Positions 59,953 to 64,000 of a stretch of 64,000 nt of DNA are shown one piece after another. The DNA is taken from positions 210,527 through 274,526 of the forward strand of contig CAVSZD010000011.1 in NCBI GenBank assembly GCA_963732355.1, read 5' to 3'. Origin of the DNA: an uncultured Actinomycetota bacterium. Its GTDB lineage: Bacteria; Actinomycetota; Actinomycetes; S36-B12; UBA10799. The notes under the pieces were generated by a model. The model saw nothing but the letters and a program-made list of their open reading frames with translations, did no database searches and had not been told where the DNA came from. The position numbers and the translations under genes were made by a program. The first letter of the stretch is position 1, and each line of letters starts with the position of its first letter.

Positions 59953-61623
59953 TCAGCCCGGGTAACGGGGGTCGCGCCCGGCTGCGGTCGGAACCCAGGT
60001 AGTGCCGTTGAACTGCCAGATTCGCCCGTCTGCGGTGCCCGACAGAAGCGGACGGCCCGGCGCGGCGGCCACAGACCGGGCCCGCGGCGGACCTCCCAGC
60101 AGATTCACCGAGAACAGCCCCAGGTCCACAGTGGCGACTTGGGCCGGCTGGCCCGGTTGTTTGACCAGCAGTGCGGCTTGGGTTGCCGATAGCCAGGCAG
60201 CCGCGCGCACCGGGCCCGTAGAGATCGCCCGCGGCCGGGAGGGCCGCGCCGGACCGCGGCGGTCCATCCGCAGCAGGTAGGCCACCGCTGCGTTGCGGGG
60301 TCCGGCCACCACCAGCGCCCTGGATCCGTCCCGCGATATCTGAACCGAACTGACATCGGTCAGCGGGATCGGCACCCGTCGGGCGCCCAGCACATTGACC
60401 GCCTGGACGGACGCGCCTCGCCCCGGCAACCACAGCACACCGGTCCTGTCCCAGGACCCGCCCTCGCTGGTCATCCGGGTGCGCGCCCGGCTCCACGACT
60501 GGCCGGGTTCCAGTGCCGCGGTGAGGGCTTGACCGGCTGGGTCTGTGGCAGCCACGGAGCCGAGGTCCAACGAGATCACTGGGTGGCTGACCGGCGGATC
60601 GGCAACCCCTGCCGCGCCGGGCACCTGTTCGGCCACGCCCGTGACGGGAACCTCCTGCACGCCACCACGCCTGGTGAAGTACCAGGGCACGGTGCCCGGC
60701 AATCCGTCGGGATCCAAGCCCGCCCATGCAGTTCGCGGTTGGACCGCCTGCTCCCCGGGGACCTCGTAAGGCCGTCCCTCAACCGAGATGATCACCCCGC
60801 GCAGGCCTTGCACCTGACGAAGGGTCCAGACGATCTGGGCCGACAGGTCCTGACGCGCCCGGTCGTCGGCCAGATTGGCCGCGCGGCTCAGATCCACCCG
60901 CGCGATCCCGTCGGAGATACCCACGGACAACAACGACGTGCCCTCCGGAAACGCGGTGGTGACCGCCGGCTCCAGCCAGGAGCCCGGACCCGACAGCAGC
61001 GATTCGAGCAGATCCGTAGCCACATCCCCCTGGCTGCTGGCGATGAGCACCGGATTCGGTGCCAGGATCGCCCCGGGCCGGGCCATGAAGTAGGTCTGAT
61101 ACTCCCGGAAGGAGCGCTCCAGGCCCGCTCTCGAGAGCAACAGGCCCGGATCCAGTTCGGCAATGCGCCATTGGCCGTCCACTTGCACGAGGCGAAACGT
61201 GGTGTTGACCTGCGCGCCCGGCGGACTGGGAGCGTACTGCGACCGTTCTGAGATCACACCCACCGCCGCGGCGCTGAGCGTGACCTCCCGCTCGTTCGCA
61301 CCGGTCAGAGTGTCGGTGTCGTTGCCGTAGACGCGCACCCCGGACTGCGGATCCCACGCTGAGGCCGCCGCCGGGGTCAGGTAGAGCCTTGCCACCGCGT
61401 GGTCGTCCTCGAAGCCGGAGGCGGCATCAAGGAACCCCTGCACCACCTCGAGCTGGGTCATCCCGTCGCTGGGGGGTCTGGCCAGCACCCGGACGAAGCT
61501 GTTCGCCCCAACGTCGGCCAAAGGCTGATCGACCTCGACCACCGGGCCGCTCGTGGGCACCTGGGCACAGCCAGCCAGCGCCACCAGGGTGGCGCTGACC
61601 ACTGCGAGCCCTGCGCTTCTCAT
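59953..61623 (-). CDS. lpqB: Lipoprotein LpqB
   Basis: Lipobox LVALAGC. Position directly after mtrB with a 4-nt overlap. GerMN-like and beta-propeller-like regions. Confidence 0.85.
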   Translation of the reverse strand: MRSAGLAVVSATLVALAGCAQVPTSGPVVEVDQPLADVGANSFVRVLARPPSDGMTQLEVVQGFLDAASGFEDDHAVARLYLTPAAASAWDPQSGVRVYGNDTDTLTGANEREVTLSAAAVGVISERSQYAPSPPGAQVNTTFRLVQVDGQWRIAELDPGLLLSRAGLERSFREYQTYFMARPGAILAPNPVLIASSQGDVATDLLESLLSGPGSWLEPAVTTAFPEGTSLLSVGISDGIARVDLSRAANLADDRARQDLSAQIVWTLRQVQGLRGVIISVEGRPYEVPGEQAVQPRTAWAGLDPDGLPGTVPWYFTRRGGVQEVPVTGVAEQVPGAAGVADPPVSHPVISLDLGSVAATDPAGQALTAALEPGQSWSRARTRMTSEGGSWDRTGVLWLPGRGASVQAVNVLGARRVPIPLTDVSSVQISRDGSRALVVAGPRNAAVAYLLRMDRRGPARPSRPRAISTGPVRAAAWLSATQAALLVKQPGQPAQVATVDLGLFSVNLLGGPPRARSVAAAPGRPLLSGTADGRIWQFNGTTWVPTAAGRDPRYPG

Positions 61624-63176
61624 AGGCGCACCTGCGTGGGATCCAGGGGCAGGGGGGAGTCAGCCGGCAACGGGTGGTCCGGCACCCGGGGCAACGTCAG
61701 CCGGAACAGAGCTCCTTGGCCGGGCCTGCCCCACACGGCCAGCCTGCCGCCGTGCAGGCGAGTGTCCTCCAAGGCGATGGACAGGCCCAGCCCGGTGCCG
61801 CCAAGCGTGCGAGCCCGCGCCGGATCCGCCCGCCAGAAGCGGTCGAAGACCCTGTCCAGATCCTTGTCGTCAAGGCCCCTTCCGTGATCGCGCACCGAGA
61901 CCGCCACCGCTTCGTCGATGCCCGCGACCCTGACCTCGATGGGCTGGCTCTCGCCGTGTTCGATCGCATTGCTCAGCAGGTTGCGAACGATCCTCTCGAT
62001 GCGCCGCGGGTCACATGCGACCACACAGGGCTGCGCTGGGAACTCGGTGCGCAGATCGCAGCCCTGCGCCATAGCCAGGGGCTGCGCGGCATCCACTGCC
62101 TGCTGCACCACATCGCGCACGTCCACCGACTCCGATTCCAGGGCAGCGGCCCCGGCGTCGAACCTGCTGATCTCGAGCAGGTCGGTGAGCAGCAGTTCGA
62201 AGCGGTCGAGTTGACCACGCAGTAGTTCGCTGCTCCGGCGCAGACCGGGCGGCATGTCCTCACGCTGGTCATAGATCACGTCCGAGGCCATCCGGATAGT
62301 CGTCAACGGCGTGCGCAACTCGTGGGACACGTCGGATACGAAACGTTGCTGCAGACGCGACAGGTTCTCCAACTGCCGGATCTGGGTCTGAAGCGACGCG
62401 GCCATGTCGTTGAAGGCCAAGGCCAGTGCCGCAAGATCGTCCTCACCGCGCACCGGCAACCGCTGTTCGAGGTGACCGGCCCTGAGCAACTCCGCAGTCC
62501 GGGCAGCCTGGCGTACCGGCATCACGACGTGACGCACAACCAGGAACATAGCCAGGCCCAGCAGCCCGACCAGCAGCAGGCCAGCCAGCCAGGCCGTGGA
62601 GCGGACCAGGTCCAAGGCCCGCTGGAGCTCTCCGTACGGGAACAGGTAGTAGATCTCGTAGGCGTTGTCGGGACCGAGGGTGAGCAGCGATCCCACCACC
62701 AGACCCGGCTCCCCGGGTTCATCCACCGAACGTATGGTCGTATAGGTCCAGACCTCCTTGCCCTCGGCCCGTACCTGGGCCCGAAGATCGACCGGCACAC
62801 TGGCTACTTCCACCAGGTTCGTTCCCCGCTCGGGCAGGGCGACCCCGGTCGAACTTGAGGCGTCCAGGAGCAGTACCTCGAACGAGCCGCCCTCGTTGCT
62901 GTTCACCAACGCGTTCATGATGGAGTCGGCCAGGCCCTCGTCGGGAACCGGCGGCCCACCCTCACTGGCCTGCAGAACCACCTGCTGTGCCGCTGCCAGG
63001 CCCACATTCGCCTCAGCGATGGACTTGCTGGTGTTGGCATCCACGAGGCCATTGGTCACCCGGACCAGCAGGAGGCCAAGTGCCGCCCCAACGAGCAGGG
63101 TTGCCACGACCAAGGTGGTCATCAACACCCGGAAGCTCAGCGACCGGCGCCACCTATGGAGAAGAGCGGAGAACAC
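61620..63176 (-). CDS. mtrB: Sensor histidine kinase MtrB
   Basis: Two TM segments, HAMP, the H-box SHELRTPLTTI, and ATPase G-boxes (DHGRGL, GGTGLGLSI). Confidence 0.9.
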   Translation of the reverse strand: MFSALLHRWRRSLSFRVLMTTLVVATLLVGAALGLLLVRVTNGLVDANTSKSIAEANVGLAAAQQVVLQASEGGPPVPDEGLADSIMNALVNSNEGGSFEVLLLDASSSTGVALPERGTNLVEVASVPVDLRAQVRAEGKEVWTYTTIRSVDEPGEPGLVVGSLLTLGPDNAYEIYYLFPYGELQRALDLVRSTAWLAGLLLVGLLGLAMFLVVRHVVMPVRQAARTAELLRAGHLEQRLPVRGEDDLAALALAFNDMAASLQTQIRQLENLSRLQQRFVSDVSHELRTPLTTIRMASDVIYDQREDMPPGLRRSSELLRGQLDRFELLLTDLLEISRFDAGAAALESESVDVRDVVQQAVDAAQPLAMAQGCDLRTEFPAQPCVVACDPRRIERIVRNLLSNAIEHGESQPIEVRVAGIDEAVAVSVRDHGRGLDDKDLDRVFDRFWRADPARARTLGGTGLGLSIALEDTRLHGGRLAVWGRPGQGALFRLTLPRVPDHPLPADSPLPLDPTQVRL

Positions 63177-63179
63177 GGA

Positions 63180-63884
63180 TCAGCCCGTGTCGTCGCACGC
63201 CTTGTACCCGACACCGCGCACGGTCAGGACCAGTTGCGGGTTCTCCGGGTCGTGCTCGATCTTCGAGCGCAACCTCTGCACGTGGACATTGACCAGGCGG
63301 GTGTCTGCTGGGTGCCGGTAGCCCCAGACCTCCTGCAGGAGCACCTCACGGCTGAACACCTGCCACGGCTTGCGGGTCAGGCAAACGAGCAGATCGAATT
63401 CCAGCGGGGTCAGTTCGATGGTCTTGTCACCTCGGCGCACGCTGTGACCGGCAACGTCGATTGTGAGATCACCGATGTGCAGGATCTCCGGTTTGGCGTC
63501 CTCAAGGCGTCGCAGCCGGGTGCGTATCCGCGCGACCAGTTCCTTGGCCTTGAAGGGTTTGACCACGTAGTCGTCGGCACCGGACTCCAGACCCAGGACC
63601 ACGTCGACAGTGTCCGTCTTGGCGGTCAGCATCACGATGGGGACACCACTTTCGGCGCGGATGGACCTGCACACCTCGATGCCGTCCTTGCCGGGGAGCA
63701 TCACGTCGAGCAGGACCAAGTCCGGTCGGGTGTGGTGGAAAGCTTCCATGGCCCGGGATCCGTCGGCCACGAAGAATGGCTCGAAACCGTCGGCCTGCAG
63801 GACGATGCCCAACATTTCAGACAGCGCAGGATCGTCGTCCACGACCAGAATCCGCCCCTTCACATCCCCACTATTGCAGACCAT
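63180..63884 (-). CDS. mtrA: OmpR-family response regulator MtrA
   Basis: RILVVDDDP, DLVLLDVMLPGKDG, and the winged-helix region LTPLEFDLL..VRGVGYK. Confidence 0.9.
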   Translation of the reverse strand: MVCNSGDVKGRILVVDDDPALSEMLGIVLQADGFEPFFVADGSRAMEAFHHTRPDLVLLDVMLPGKDGIEVCRSIRAESGVPIVMLTAKTDTVDVVLGLESGADDYVVKPFKAKELVARIRTRLRRLEDAKPEILHIGDLTIDVAGHSVRRGDKTIELTPLEFDLLVCLTRKPWQVFSREVLLQEVWGYRHPADTRLVNVHVQRLRSKIEHDPENPQLVLTVRGVGYKACDDTG

Positions 63885-63927
63885 GGCGGCCCTGCGCGGG
63901 ACCTGTGCAAGGCCGTTGTGCCGGGAT

Positions 63928-64000
63928 TCAGGCCAGGAGGAACAGGATCCCGATGGCGCCGGGCATGTTGTTGGTCATGTGCGCCACGATCGCCGTCGTG
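63928..64000 (-). CDS. C-terminal fragment of a membrane protein, possibly CPBP/CAAX-protease family (5' end outside the window)
   Basis: Manual translation gives ..TTAIVAHMTNNMPGAIGILFLLA* with stop at 63930..63928. H-x3-N followed by a hydrophobic tail resembles CPBP motif 3. Only 24 codons are visible. Confidence 0.3.
   Translation of the reverse strand, partial: TTAIVAHMTNNMPGAIGILFLLA

Overview
High-G+C, gene-dense chromosomal segment. The synteny looks actinobacterial; this is inferred from the blocks mtrA-mtrB-lpqB-comF-hpf...secA and prfB-ftsE-ftsX-M23 peptidase-smpB...ssrA, and from the tmRNA tag ADTNRADFALAA. I can support about 57 protein-coding loci, one tmRNA, a few hairpin terminators and several repeat types. 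I saw no rRNA, tRNA, CRISPR array, transposase or integrase. Gene content, left to right: partial pckG (absent from the ORF track because it runs off the window edge). Next is a stretch rich in cell-wall hydrolases (a LAS-type PG-binding peptidase and three diverged paralogues of a secreted Cys-His domain), interleaved with a CoiA-like nuclease and MFS and SulP transporters. Then GNAT + DUF3089 hydrolase and a six-PAS diguanylate cyclase. Then an agmatine-deiminase-type operon (PTCase-like carbamoyltransferase, APC permease, AguA, TetR) with no carbamate kinase. Then NUDIX/GNAT/racemase, TetR-glycosyltransferase, a LON-N domain protein, GGDEF-EAL, an acyl-CoA carboxyltransferase, an orphan AAA/wHTH ATPase and a GH3 beta-glucosidase. 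Then tmRNA, a BVMO, a DUF222-HNH gene, an amidohydrolase and the smpB/ftsEX/prfB block. Then TM2, M14 and AlkB, a giant NAD-GDH + pruA, patatin/WS-DGAT/HAD, a ParA-like gene + HTH, secA, and the hpf-comF-lpqB-mtrBA block. Most noteworthy observations: (1) Two exact 111-bp tandem units abut the tmRNA 3' end; each re-creates the last 14 nt of tmRNA plus its 18-bp terminator hairpin. (2) A ~70-bp palindromic element occurs twice (5.7 kb and 18.4 kb); the second copy is embedded in 23-bp tandem repeats and a G-rich tract. (3) At least seven single-base frame disruptions occur in six otherwise intact genes, including secA. Assembly indels are more likely than gene decay, but this must be checked. 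(4) An unclassified secreted Cys-His paralogue trio is present, one member with an SD-sequestering leader hairpin. I did not find a convincing multi-gene novel system (no defence island or similar), so scores are kept modest.
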